Under the pieces are notes generated by a model, which made no database searches, was not told where the DNA came from, and worked only from the letters and a program-made list of their open reading frames with translations. DNA of 64,000 bases, from positions 6,222 to 70,221 of the IMG/VR virus record IMGVR_UViG_3300048694_000663. One strand, given 5' to 3'. Of this stretch, positions 27,760-37,413 are shown in pieces. Source of the stretch: a virus. The translations under genes were made by a program, and so were the position numbers. Each line of letters opens with the position of its first letter. The stretch's first letter is position 1.

Positions 27760-28750
27760 TAGTCAAAGCCTCCTCAATCATCTCTTCTACCACCGCTCCT
27801 GGAACGCGAAGTACAAATGCTGCGTTATCTTGAAACCCAAAACTTATTAGTAAGTCATCCCCTAGCTTCGCTGCCCCAGCACAAAACTCAATCCTGGCGT
27901 CCAGGAAGGTCCATTTCTCTGGAGATATCCCTAACAAGTTAAACTCTTTATCCCAGACATAAAGGCGGTGATGGTAGAACCCGTCTTTTTGCTGTAGATA
28001 GTTTTTAAACAATTGAACCTCATGACCAATGGAGATATAATAATCCCCCCAGGTAAGGACCTGCGAACCACCGCGTTGGTCGTTAGGTACAGGAAAAGAT
28101 TCTTTAACAAATACTTGGTTAGTGCTTTCGGCATATGGCTCTGAGTAGACAACCTCGGTAGGGTTTGTCCATTTAACAAAGTGATAAGGCTCGTCAACTA
28201 CTGGATACCAGTTCTTTTCGCAATAGGATGTATTAGGCGGTGGGGCAGGGATTCTTTTTCTATGAATCTCTTTAGCCGTCCACGCCTCTTTGTCTATAGT
28301 TAATTCACTATATTCCATACGACCTTGACCATTAGTCGTAGTGTCTCGCCTGACGCCAATAAGAAAGTAAGCGTTGTGCCATTGCACTAGGCGGGCATCT
28401 TCTAGCCCTACAAATTCCCAGATAGGTTGATGCAACTCAAGCATCTCTACCTTAGTGTGGTTAATTACCTTCAGGTTTTTATCAAGACGCATCAAGTAAT
28501 TTTCAGTCACTAGACGCATGTCTTTCTCTGGATGTAAGTAAGACAGAGGGCCCCAATGGGAAGGAAACTGTTGAGTGTTCTCAGAGTGATAAAGCGTGTA
28601 GTTGACGTGGCGTAGATTGACAAGAATGTCGCCATCGCTGTCCACAAAGATAGAAGGGTTCATAAGGCCAGTGCCGTTGGTTAGCCCTTTGGATATTACT
28701 AAGGGAGCTAACTTGCCTCCGCTTGCTACTGAGCGTTGTACTAGATTCAT
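27746..28750 (-). CDS. Beta-propeller glycoside hydrolase/phosphorylase-like protein (GH130/GH43-like)
   Basis: MNPSI, GLEDARL, EKNW.P, RGG, IEFCAG and ISFGFQD; ATG at 28750 preferred (TATACT 9 nt upstream). Confidence 0.75.
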   Translation of the reverse strand: MNLVQRSVASGGKLAPLVISKGLTNGTGLMNPSIFVDSDGDILVNLRHVNYTLYHSENTQQFPSHWGPLSYLHPEKDMRLVTENYLMRLDKNLKVINHTKVEMLELHQPIWEFVGLEDARLVQWHNAYFLIGVRRDTTTNGQGRMEYSELTIDKEAWTAKEIHRKRIPAPPPNTSYCEKNWYPVVDEPYHFVKWTNPTEVVYSEPYAESTNQVFVKESFPVPNDQRGGSQVLTWGDYYISIGHEVQLFKNYLQQKDGFYHHRLYVWDKEFNLLGISPEKWTFLDARIEFCAGAAKLGDDLLISFGFQDNAAFVLRVPGAVVEEMIEEALTNEVH

Positions 28751-28804
28751 GGTGAAAAAAGTATACCCCGCCATTTCTGACGGGGCATACTTCGGAAGCG
28801 TTTT

Positions 28805-31800
28805 CTATGCTTGAGCTTCAGACCATGATAGACGAGCCTGAACTGTCTGAGCAGTTGTACCAACGTTAGATACAACGATTGTCAAGACGTCTGGACCATC
28901 TGGGTATGGAGCGGTGTTACCATAAGGCATACCACCACCAAGGATTGAGTTACCAAGGTCACGAACCTGTGAAAGGTCAACCTGACCAGTTGAGTTGGTA
29001 AAGAATCCACCAGTTGCTTCTCCACCTTGGATTGTGTAGTTACCACCAGCGTAGTCCACAATCTGTGCAAGTGAGGAGTTTGGAATCAAGGTTGCGTTGT
29101 TTACAGCGTTCTTCCAAAGTGCGTTGACGTTTGCTGTTGGGTTAAAGACTTTACCGTTTAGGTAAGCAAGCACAAGTACGTTACCTGTGGTTGTTCCTGT
29201 AAGGGTAAGGTCGAGAGCCTTAAGCATCAACTGCATGCGGTTAACAATTTCCTTAGTACCGAAGTTACCTGTCACACCTGAGTCAACAGCTGGTGCTACG
29301 CGGATTGACATGAGAGCCTTTGTAGAAGCACCCCAGAAGGTCAATGTAGCTGATGTGATAGTAACTGCGTTACTTAGAGTAATTGATGTTGAGCTGTTAA
29401 CTGCTGTTACGTAAGTATTACGTGGGACAGCTGTACCAGCAAAGTCAGCAACATACATACCAGGAACGATGTTGGTGTTTGCTGCACCAAGGGTTACTGT
29501 TGCAGAGGCTGATGCTGTACCAGTTGCGGTAAATGATGTAGCAGGAGCAAGCTGTGTACCCACTGTCTGGCCGTATGTGAAGAGAAGTGACTTATCATCA
29601 TCAAAACGACCATCCATCATTACTGATGAACCCCAGTGAGCAATAGTTGGAGCATCTGTAGGCATAGCCTGGAAGACTTCAACTGGAGCTGTTGCTGAGT
29701 AGGTAAAGGCCTGACCAGATGTCGCACCACCAGCTACAGCAACGATTGTTGGGTTTGCTGTCATTGGTGAGTTAGAGAATACAACTGTTGTTCCTTGAAT
29801 GTAGCTGATGAAGGTACCTTCTGGAACTGTTGGGTGAATAATACGCTGACCAACCTGTAGACCAGTAGCAGAACCAACAACTGCAGTGTTAGAACCAACA
29901 GCCCATGTGGTTGTTACTGATGTAGAACCAGCCTGAGCACGTGTAACACCTGTAAGTGTGTTAGAGGTCTTACCTGTGTAGTTGATAAGTTCTTGCTTTG
30001 TACCGTCCTTGATAACAGCAAGACCTGGCTGGCTGTAGAAGGTGATAGCACCTGAAACAGCACCAGCATTGTTCGCTGAAAGAGTTACGGTTGTACCTGA
30101 GATTGAAACAATCTGAGTACCAGCAGTAATGTTAGTTGCGTTAGCCCAAAGACCATTTGTAAGACCTACAGCGCTACCTACAACAATTGTGTTAGCTCCT
30201 GAGTTACCAGTTGCTGTTGTAACAATTGCCTTAGGTGACATGAATGATGAAGTATCTTCAACGTTAATGGTTGTATCACCTGAACCAACAGACGCAGTAA
30301 TCTTTGTTGTTGGAGCATATGTTGAAGCCTCATAACGAGCAGGTAGGTTACCTGAACGCATGTAAGCCATTGGGTTTTGGTTGTTATTAGCAAGCTTGTG
30401 TGCGTAGATGATTTCGCCCTTAGGACCACGGAAGCCCCAACGAACGAATCCAGCGCCATACCAGGTGTAGTCGATGTAGAACATCTGCATCTTGGTAAGG
30501 TCAAGTGTGTAACCTGAAGGGCCAGTTCCATCGCACTTATCAATATTCCAGTTTGAACGTGGAATACGAAGGTCTTGTGTCTTTGAGACAGTTACGTTAG
30601 AAGCATCTGGTCCACGGTACGCTTGTGTAAGAGTAAGTGATGTGTCAGATGCGATTGTATCAACGCGGTAAGATTGACCACGAATAACAATCCAGTCACC
30701 AGGGTTCAACTGCTTGTTGAAGCTGGTTGGGAAGTTTGTTGAGCCTGTTACAGTTGCTGAACCGCCTGTTACAGATACGCGACCCGCAATCTGGAAGATT
30801 GAAGAACGACGAACTGCATAAAGGTTCTGACCATCGTATTCGAAGAAGTTACCGTTCTGGTTATCAAATAGACCAAGACGGTTTTGAGCACCATCCCAGT
30901 TAGTAATTGATAGGTAGTACTGTCCAGATGCTGTTGCAATAGTTGGGGCAGTAGCAGGGATGTATGTGAAGGTGTTCTGGTCAATAACGTTTACAGCAGA
31001 GAAGCTTCCATTGTATCCAGTTTCGTTAGCACCAAAGATGGTGATAGCAAAACCTGGCTGTAGACCATGACGTTCCTTTGTTGTAACAGTCACAGATGGT
31101 GAGCTGTAGGTCATCTTGTCAATTGTGTATGTTGGCTGCAAGATTGTTCCTGTAGACAACTGCATACCCTTACCTGATTGGTAACGGAAGTAACGGCGTG
31201 TTTGACGAACAAGTGAGATGTTGTTAGATGAACCGTTAGATGAGAACATAACGCCACCGTCAAATGCACGGTGAACTGACTGAGCCTGTGAACGAGCAAA
31301 GACTGAAGCAGTTACGGTACAAGCTGTAGATGACATTGTTGCAAGAAGGTTCTGTGACAATGAAACGATATTACCAACTACACCTGTGATGTAAGTATCT
31401 GCAGGAATGAAGTTAGCTGAGATAAGTGAAGCACCAACAACAGCACCCGTTGCGTTAGCAAGAGTAACCATGTTAGTTCCAACAGTACCTGAACCAGTTG
31501 TGGCAGTCTGAGGTCCAAGCAAGGTACCTGAGATTGTTCCACCGCGGTTATCGTAAATGTTAAATACAGTAGGTGATTGAACACGAGATACGATGAAGTT
31601 ACCGTTTGGAGGAGTACCGCCTGAGGTAGAACCTACGATTGCAACTTCGTTACCTACCTGAAGACCGTGGTTTGTACCAGTTGTAACTGTTACATCCTGA
31701 CCTGTGTAGGAAAGAGTTGTTGCTGTGTTGTTACCGACAACAGCATCGCGGTAGTAATCACCAGTAAGAATAAGAGTCTTAGATGGGTCAAAGATTGACT

Positions 31801-32929
31801 GTGAAGCCCAAGCTGTTGGTGTTGGGGCCTTTGAAGTAAAGGTGAATGAAGTTTCACCAGGACGTGTTTCAATAACATAGTTACCAGCAACGCCTGGGAA
31901 ATAAGCATCTTGTACAGATACTGGGCTTCCAACTGGAGGAGCAACGTTAGTAGTTACTGTACCAGCAACTGATGACTGACCAGTTGTAGCGTTCATTAGG
32001 CGGAATGAAGTTGCATTTGGAACTTCAAGGACCTGTAGAGGAATACCTGAGTTAGTGTTGTAACCTGATGGAGTAACACCAGTAATGGTTACATACTGAC
32101 CGACAGTTAAACCGTGTGCAGTTGCTGTGTTATAAATAGCAGTCGTACCATTGCCTTGAACACCTGTAGCAAGAAGAGTTACAGTGGTGTTTGTCAAAGT
32201 CGCTGTAATAGTACGAGTACCAGCCGCACCAGTTGTAAGACCAGACAAAGTCAAAGCGTTGAATAGAAGCTGTGATGCAAATGGACGACCATTTGTAAAG
32301 GTCTGTGTTTCCCACTTGGTGTCTTGCTTAGCGTATTCAAAGTCTGTATCCATCATTGACTGTGGAGTAGAGACGCGTAGCTTGTTTACTGGGTCTGAGT
32401 ATGTCTCATCTGGCTTAATACGCTCAGAGAACTCATCAACAGTAATCTGAAGTGCGTCAGTTGAAAGCATACCTGCTGTAGCAGGGTTGTAATTAAGAGT
32501 GATAACAGTTGACTCACCAGCAGAAGCCAAACCACCAGAAGAGTATGTACCTGTAACAGTTGAAGCAACAGTAAATGTATTAGCTGTTGTTGCTGTAATT
32601 GTTACACCAGCAAGATTAAATGACGCTGGAGTGATACCTGTAATGTTTACAAGTTGACCTGGGGTAAAGCTGTGGTTAGCAGTTGTTGTGAAAGTTACCG
32701 CAGTACCGTTACCAGTAGCAGTAAGGATTGCTGCCGTTAGCTGGTTATCACCGTAGGTTGCATAACCTGTTGCTAAAAGAGATGTATCTGAGAAGTTATA
32801 AATAACTTTATTTTGCGTTACGTTTGTGATAAGAACAAGGCGTTCCTTTGGAACGATGCGTCGTAGAACTACTTGCTTTGTTGATGGGTTAAACGCATAA
32901 CCACCATCTAATAGAATCTTTCTTGCCAT
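28805..32929 (-). CDS. Large virion structural/fibre-associated protein (1374 aa)
   Basis: Thr/Gly/Ser-rich beta repeats (HGL.vG..V.I.G); KLRVSTPQSMMDTDFEY and RQTRRYFRYQSGKG core. Confidence 0.72.
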   Translation of the reverse strand: MARKILLDGGYAFNPSTKQVVLRRIVPKERLVLITNVTQNKVIYNFSDTSLLATGYATYGDNQLTAAILTATGNGTAVTFTTTANHSFTPGQLVNITGITPASFNLAGVTITATTANTFTVASTVTGTYSSGGLASAGESTVITLNYNPATAGMLSTDALQITVDEFSERIKPDETYSDPVNKLRVSTPQSMMDTDFEYAKQDTKWETQTFTNGRPFASQLLFNALTLSGLTTGAAGTRTITATLTNTTVTLLATGVQGNGTTAIYNTATAHGLTVGQYVTITGVTPSGYNTNSGIPLQVLEVPNATSFRLMNATTGQSSVAGTVTTNVAPPVGSPVSVQDAYFPGVAGNYVIETRPGETSFTFTSKAPTPTAWASQSIFDPSKTLILTGDYYRDAVVGNNTATTLSYTGQDVTVTTGTNHGLQVGNEVAIVGSTSGGTPPNGNFIVSRVQSPTVFNIYDNRGGTISGTLLGPQTATTGSGTVGTNMVTLANATGAVVGASLISANFIPADTYITGVVGNIVSLSQNLLATMSSTACTVTASVFARSQAQSVHRAFDGGVMFSSNGSSNNISLVRQTRRYFRYQSGKGMQLSTGTILQPTYTIDKMTYSSPSVTVTTKERHGLQPGFAITIFGANETGYNGSFSAVNVIDQNTFTYIPATAPTIATASGQYYLSITNWDGAQNRLGLFDNQNGNFFEYDGQNLYAVRRSSIFQIAGRVSVTGGSATVTGSTNFPTSFNKQLNPGDWIVIRGQSYRVDTIASDTSLTLTQAYRGPDASNVTVSKTQDLRIPRSNWNIDKCDGTGPSGYTLDLTKMQMFYIDYTWYGAGFVRWGFRGPKGEIIYAHKLANNNQNPMAYMRSGNLPARYEASTYAPTTKITASVGSGDTTINVEDTSSFMSPKAIVTTATGNSGANTIVVGSAVGLTNGLWANATNITAGTQIVSISGTTVTLSANNAGAVSGAITFYSQPGLAVIKDGTKQELINYTGKTSNTLTGVTRAQAGSTSVTTTWAVGSNTAVVGSATGLQVGQRIIHPTVPEGTFISYIQGTTVVFSNSPMTANPTIVAVAGGATSGQAFTYSATAPVEVFQAMPTDAPTIAHWGSSVMMDGRFDDDKSLLFTYGQTVGTQLAPATSFTATGTASASATVTLGAANTNIVPGMYVADFAGTAVPRNTYVTAVNSSTSITLSNAVTITSATLTFWGASTKALMSIRVAPAVDSGVTGNFGTKEIVNRMQLMLKALDLTLTGTTTGNVLVLAYLNGKVFNPTANVNALWKNAVNNATLIPNSSLAQIVDYAGGNYTIQGGEATGGFFTNSTGQVDLSQVRDLGNSILGGGMPYGNTAPYPDGPDVLTIVVSNVGTTAQTVQARLSWSEAQA

Positions 32930-32932
32930 GGA

Positions 32933-33448
32933 TTAAAACGCTCCTATTAATAAATCCGCTGCTGGAAACGGATAAGTTGTTGTTAGTGCTGTTGAGTCTG
33001 GTCCTCCCACGACTCGACCATCAAAAGTAGTTCCTGCTGCTACAGGTTGTGAAAACACAATGTAGCCATCATTATCTACTCGTAACCAATTGTATCTTGC
33101 CACATCATTCTCTGGAACAGAAAAGGCTATGTAAGAATTGCTTACTCTTTGAACTATACCATTCAGTGCGACTAGGAGTCTTTGTGAATTGGTGATGTTC
33201 ACCTTCACGCCTTGGTAGGTCGGAAGGAATCTATATGTTACGCCATCAAACTTTGGCGATAAATCGTCCAAAAGAACGATATCGGTGTTGAAACCAGAAG
33301 GTCCCTGCACACCTTGGAGTCCTTGAATACCTTGTGGACCAGTTGTGGTTGTTGTTGCTTGCCACGCATATCCCGTCCAAGTCCAAGTACGTGAGCCATA
33401 TGTATAGACCTGCCCATTCGTGGGCGTGCCTGGAAAATCAATTGGCAT
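32933..33448 (-). CDS. Fibre-associated protein with short collagen segment
   Basis: MPIDFPGTPTNGQVYTY N-terminus, [22 protein letters not shown] domain. Confidence 0.65.
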   Translation of the reverse strand: MPIDFPGTPTNGQVYTYGSRTWTWTGYAWQATTTTTGPQGIQGLQGVQGPSGFNTDIVLLDDLSPKFDGVTYRFLPTYQGVKVNITNSQRLLVALNGIVQRVSNSYIAFSVPENDVARYNWLRVDNDGYIVFSQPVAAGTTFDGRVVGGPDSTALTTTYPFPAADLLIGAF

Positions 33449-33526
33449 ATTTTTTCTCTCTCTGAGACGTCTTGGTTAAAAGTATACGAGGCTTCTGCCC
33501 TTCTGTGGGGTATATAGTCAAAAGGT

Positions 33527-34240
33527 TCAAAGGTTGTTCTTAATCAGGTTGTAGTTTGAGAGTACCTCGGCGTCTCCGAGGACCCTATTGTAAATATGGA
33601 CATGCCTCATTTGGGCAGGGATTGTATACGCTGGAAATAATCCAATAGGAGCGTTGCCCGCTGTTTTGGGGTTGGCAAGCCCTGTTCTATCTCCAAGTTT
33701 GTTTCCATTTACATAAACGGAAGTTGTTGCGCCATTTTTGGAGACGCCAATGTAGTACCAGGTATTCACAGTAAACTCTGTTCCAGGAGCTGGATAAGGC
33801 CCAGTCGCTGTTGATGTAAAGTCTGAGTCAGTATTCCCTGGGTCAAACCGCCAATGGACTGTGTTATTTGAGGGGTAGCGCCAAATTCCAGGGCTGCGGT
33901 CAGTTCCTGAGGGTTCGTAGCCAAAAATTTTATCCCAAGTACCGCTGAAGCCAGAAAGCCGAATTGAAAGAAAAATACTGTGAACATCTGTATTAAGAAT
34001 TGAAGTAGAGGCTGTTGTGTATGGAGTGTTGTATTGCAAAGCGCTTCCTGAAAGCGGAGAATTTCCAGTAGCATTTAATACTGATGGACTTAAGTCGTAC
34101 CAAGTATTCCCACTTCCAGGATATGAAGATGGATTTGTTGCGTCCAAGTGAAGTACCAACCCATTAAGCACAATTGATTGAACAGCTCCAATTTTAGTCC
34201 CTTTAGTGCTGGCGACTCCTAGCGAGCTTACTAACGGCAT
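33527..34240 (-). CDS. LamG/ConA-like fibre tip protein
   Basis: GLVLHLDA.NP.SYPGSGNTWYDLS, WYYI, YVNG and IYNRVL..AEV..NY. Confidence 0.85.
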   Translation of the reverse strand: MPLVSSLGVASTKGTKIGAVQSIVLNGLVLHLDATNPSSYPGSGNTWYDLSPSVLNATGNSPLSGSALQYNTPYTTASTSILNTDVHSIFLSIRLSGFSGTWDKIFGYEPSGTDRSPGIWRYPSNNTVHWRFDPGNTDSDFTSTATGPYPAPGTEFTVNTWYYIGVSKNGATTSVYVNGNKLGDRTGLANPKTAGNAPIGLFPAYTIPAQMRHVHIYNRVLGDAEVLSNYNLIKNNL

Positions 34241-37200
34241 TATGCATACCTAGTTCTGTTAGCAAGTACTGTCCATGTTGAGGCTGCTGTTTTAATAATA
34301 GAGTATGTATAAGCATCAATTGCATTAGTATTACCGCTTGTAGGAGCTCCATTAAACCACTTAGGGGTAACAGCAACGCCATCAATTTGAAACGCTGTTT
34401 GATAATAAGCAGTAGCTCCTTGGGTAGTTAGCATGGTCACAGTAATAGATTGCCCAACTGCTAGATAATTATCAAGAGTTTGGGCACCATCAGCCGTGAC
34501 ATTAAACGTAAAGTTTCCTGTTGCATTAGGTACAAACAACGTCACTGCAGTAAACGCTTTGATGTAGTAATTAAGAACACCATTAAGAGCAGATTGATTA
34601 ATGGACGCTGACTCGATTAATTGAGCAACAGTGGTTGTTCCAGTAAAGGTTGTGTTAGAGAAAGTTACGCCTGTGGTTGTTGGGTATGTTCCTTGAGTTC
34701 CTTGAATACCCTGTGCACCAGTGTTACCTTGTAATCCAACAGGACCAAAACCACCTTGAATACCAGTGGTGCCTTGCGCACCGCCTTCGCCAGGGAATCC
34801 TTGAATACCCTGAATTCCAATACCAGTAGTGCCTTGAATACCTTGAGAGCCATAACCAGTTAATCCTTGTGGACCTAGCGCTCCGTCATGTCCTTGAATA
34901 CCTTGAGAGCCAGTTAATCCTTGAAGACCAGTGGTACCTTGCGTACCTATTGCACTTGGCCCTTGGATACCTTGGATACCCTGTACACCAGCAAAACCAG
35001 AAGCTGAAAGCTCTACCCATGCATATGTGTTTCCATCATATACATATGTATAGCCAACACCAGTCTCTGCATCTGTCCATCTATCTCCAAGTAATGGAGA
35101 AGACGGAGGAGTAGAACTAAATGCAATTGCAGCGTTCGGACCTTGTACGCCTTGGTTTCCTTGAACGCCTTGTAGCCCTTGAACACCTTGGTCGCCAGTT
35201 AATCCCTGCGTTCCTTGTGTTCCGTTATTACCAGTTAAACCTTGTAGCCCTTGAGCGCCAATAAAACCTTGTACACCAGATGCGCCTTGAAGACCAATAG
35301 TTCCCTGAGCACCTTGTGCTCCTTGACCAGTTGCTCCCTGAATACCTTGAGCACCAGATGCCCCTGCAAATCCACTAGCACTTACTTCTACCCATGCATA
35401 ATTATTTCCATCATAGATATATGTATATTCAACGCCGCTATTGCTGTCGACCCATCTATCACCAAGCAATGGAGATACTGGAGGAGTTGCATCAAATATT
35501 AAAGCAGCGTTAGGTCCTTGGATACCTTGCACACCTTGTGCGCCACTACCTGTAGCTCCTTGAATGCTTGCACCCTGAATACCCTGAGTACCTTGTACGC
35601 CATCATTTCCAGTAAAGCCTTGAAGTCCTTGAGCTCCTATGAAACCTTGAGCACCTGAGGTTCCTTGAGCACCATTAGCGCCTTGAGTTCCCGCGCCCGC
35701 AGCTCCTTGCAAACCTTGCGTTCCTTGAGCACCTGCAATACCTGCATAACCTGAAGCTGATACTTCAACCCATGCGTTGTTATTACCATCATTAATCCAC
35801 GTATATTCAACACCACTATTTGAATCAACCCAGCGGTCACCCAACAATGGAAATGCTGGAGGAGTGGTTCCAAAACTAATTGCAGCATTAGGACCTTGGA
35901 TACCTTGAGAGCCTTGAACTCCTTGTGCACCGATAAAGCCTTGAACACCTTGTGTTCCTTGAGCACCATCTACACCGATTGTGCCAGTAAATCCTTGGAC
36001 ACCTTGAGTACCAACAAATCCTTGTAAGCCTTGAGCACCAGCAAATCCTTGAGCCGCTGCAGCTCCAGCTATACCTTGCGCACCAGCAGTACCTGTCGCA
36101 CCTTGAATTCCGTAACCAGCAAAACCAGATGCTGAAAGTTCAATCCATGCATAACTGTTGCCATCATAAGTCCAGGTATATTCAGAACCAGAGTTCGCGT
36201 CTACCCAACGGTCACCAAGAGTTGGAGAGACAGGTGGAGTAACTGAGAAAGTAATTCCAACAGTAGGTCCTTGAACACCTTGGTTTCCTTGGATACCTTG
36301 GGTTCCTTGAATACCAGTTCCTGTTAAACCTTGCGAACCAGTAGTTCCTTGAGCGCCATCATTTCCTTGTAAGCCTTGAGCGCCGATAAATCCTTGAAGA
36401 CCTTGAGCTCCTGCAAAACCTTGAGCTGCTGCTGCACCTGCAATACCTTGTGCACCTGGCGCACCAGCAGGTCCTTGAATACCAATACCAGCAAAACCAG
36501 AAGCACTTACTTCAACCCAGGCGTAATTGTTACCGTCATAAATCCACGTGTACTCAGAGCCTGAGTTTGCATCAACCCATCTATCACCAAGTAATGGAGA
36601 TGCTGGAGGAGTAACATCAAAAGTGATTGCAGCATTTGGTCCCTGTAAACCTTGAATACCTTGAGTACCAGCACCAGTCAAACCTTGGGCACCAAGTAAA
36701 CCTTGGATACCTTGAACACCATCAAAACCTTGAGCGCCAATTAATCCCTGGGTTCCAATAAAACCTTGAAGACCTTGCGAACCAGTAAAGCCTTGAGCTG
36801 CAGCAGCTCCCGCTAAACCTTGTGCACCAGCAGCACCAGCAGGACCAGCAGGTCCTTGCACACCACTAAATCCAGATGCAGAAACTTCAACCCATGTTGA
36901 ATTATTTCCATCGTTAATCCATGTGTATTCGATACCGCTGTTGCTATCTACCCAACGGTCGCCAATAGAAGGGGATAGTGGAGGAACTGAATCGAATGTG
37001 ATTCCAGCATTAGTTCCTTGTACACCCTGGATACTTGCACCCTGGATACCTTGCGCACCAGCAACGCCTTGCGCTCCAGCTAAACCTTGAAGACCAGTCG
37101 CGCCTTGTACGCCATCAACACCAATAGTTCCAGCAGTACCTTGTGAACCAATAAAACCTTGTAGACCTTGTGTACCACCAACAATAAGTTGAACCCATTG

Positions 37201-37413
37201 ATTGGTGTCACCATCTGCAATGTATGTGTACTCAACACCATTGACGGTATCCCACCAACGGTCACCAACAACAGGGCTAAGTGGAGGAGTTGGTCCAGAA
37301 GTGAACCCACCGCCAGAACCACCGCCACCTGCGGGACCTTGAATACCCTGAGCACCAACAACAACTGGAAGCCATTGACCAGAGGCCGCGTCATAATATT
37401 TAAGCAAACTCAT
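34240..37413 (-). CDS. Collagen-like fibre protein with 7 GDRW knob repeats and C-terminal adaptor domain
   Basis: Gly-X-Gln triplet tracts alternating with PP..P..GDRWVD...EYTW..DG...WVE modules. Confidence 0.85.
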   Translation of the reverse strand: MSLLKYYDAASGQWLPVVVGAQGIQGPAGGGGSGGGFTSGPTPPLSPVVGDRWWDTVNGVEYTYIADGDTNQWVQLIVGGTQGLQGFIGSQGTAGTIGVDGVQGATGLQGLAGAQGVAGAQGIQGASIQGVQGTNAGITFDSVPPLSPSIGDRWVDSNSGIEYTWINDGNNSTWVEVSASGFSGVQGPAGPAGAAGAQGLAGAAAAQGFTGSQGLQGFIGTQGLIGAQGFDGVQGIQGLLGAQGLTGAGTQGIQGLQGPNAAITFDVTPPASPLLGDRWVDANSGSEYTWIYDGNNYAWVEVSASGFAGIGIQGPAGAPGAQGIAGAAAAQGFAGAQGLQGFIGAQGLQGNDGAQGTTGSQGLTGTGIQGTQGIQGNQGVQGPTVGITFSVTPPVSPTLGDRWVDANSGSEYTWTYDGNSYAWIELSASGFAGYGIQGATGTAGAQGIAGAAAAQGFAGAQGLQGFVGTQGVQGFTGTIGVDGAQGTQGVQGFIGAQGVQGSQGIQGPNAAISFGTTPPAFPLLGDRWVDSNSGVEYTWINDGNNNAWVEVSASGYAGIAGAQGTQGLQGAAGAGTQGANGAQGTSGAQGFIGAQGLQGFTGNDGVQGTQGIQGASIQGATGSGAQGVQGIQGPNAALIFDATPPVSPLLGDRWVDSNSGVEYTYIYDGNNYAWVEVSASGFAGASGAQGIQGATGQGAQGAQGTIGLQGASGVQGFIGAQGLQGLTGNNGTQGTQGLTGDQGVQGLQGVQGNQGVQGPNAAIAFSSTPPSSPLLGDRWTDAETGVGYTYVYDGNTYAWVELSASGFAGVQGIQGIQGPSAIGTQGTTGLQGLTGSQGIQGHDGALGPQGLTGYGSQGIQGTTGIGIQGIQGFPGEGGAQGTTGIQGGFGPVGLQGNTGAQGIQGTQGTYPTTTGVTFSNTTFTGTTTVAQLIESASINQSALNGVLNYYIKAFTAVTLFVPNATGNFTFNVTADGAQTLDNYLAVGQSITVTMLTTQGATAYYQTAFQIDGVAVTPKWFNGAPTSGNTNAIDAYTYSIIKTAASTWTVLANRTRYA

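Noticed and set aside
33481-33516. Further copy of the late promoter motif (TATATACC-N22-TATACT)
   Set aside because: The -10 box and spacing fit, but the upstream octamer matches too weakly to count.
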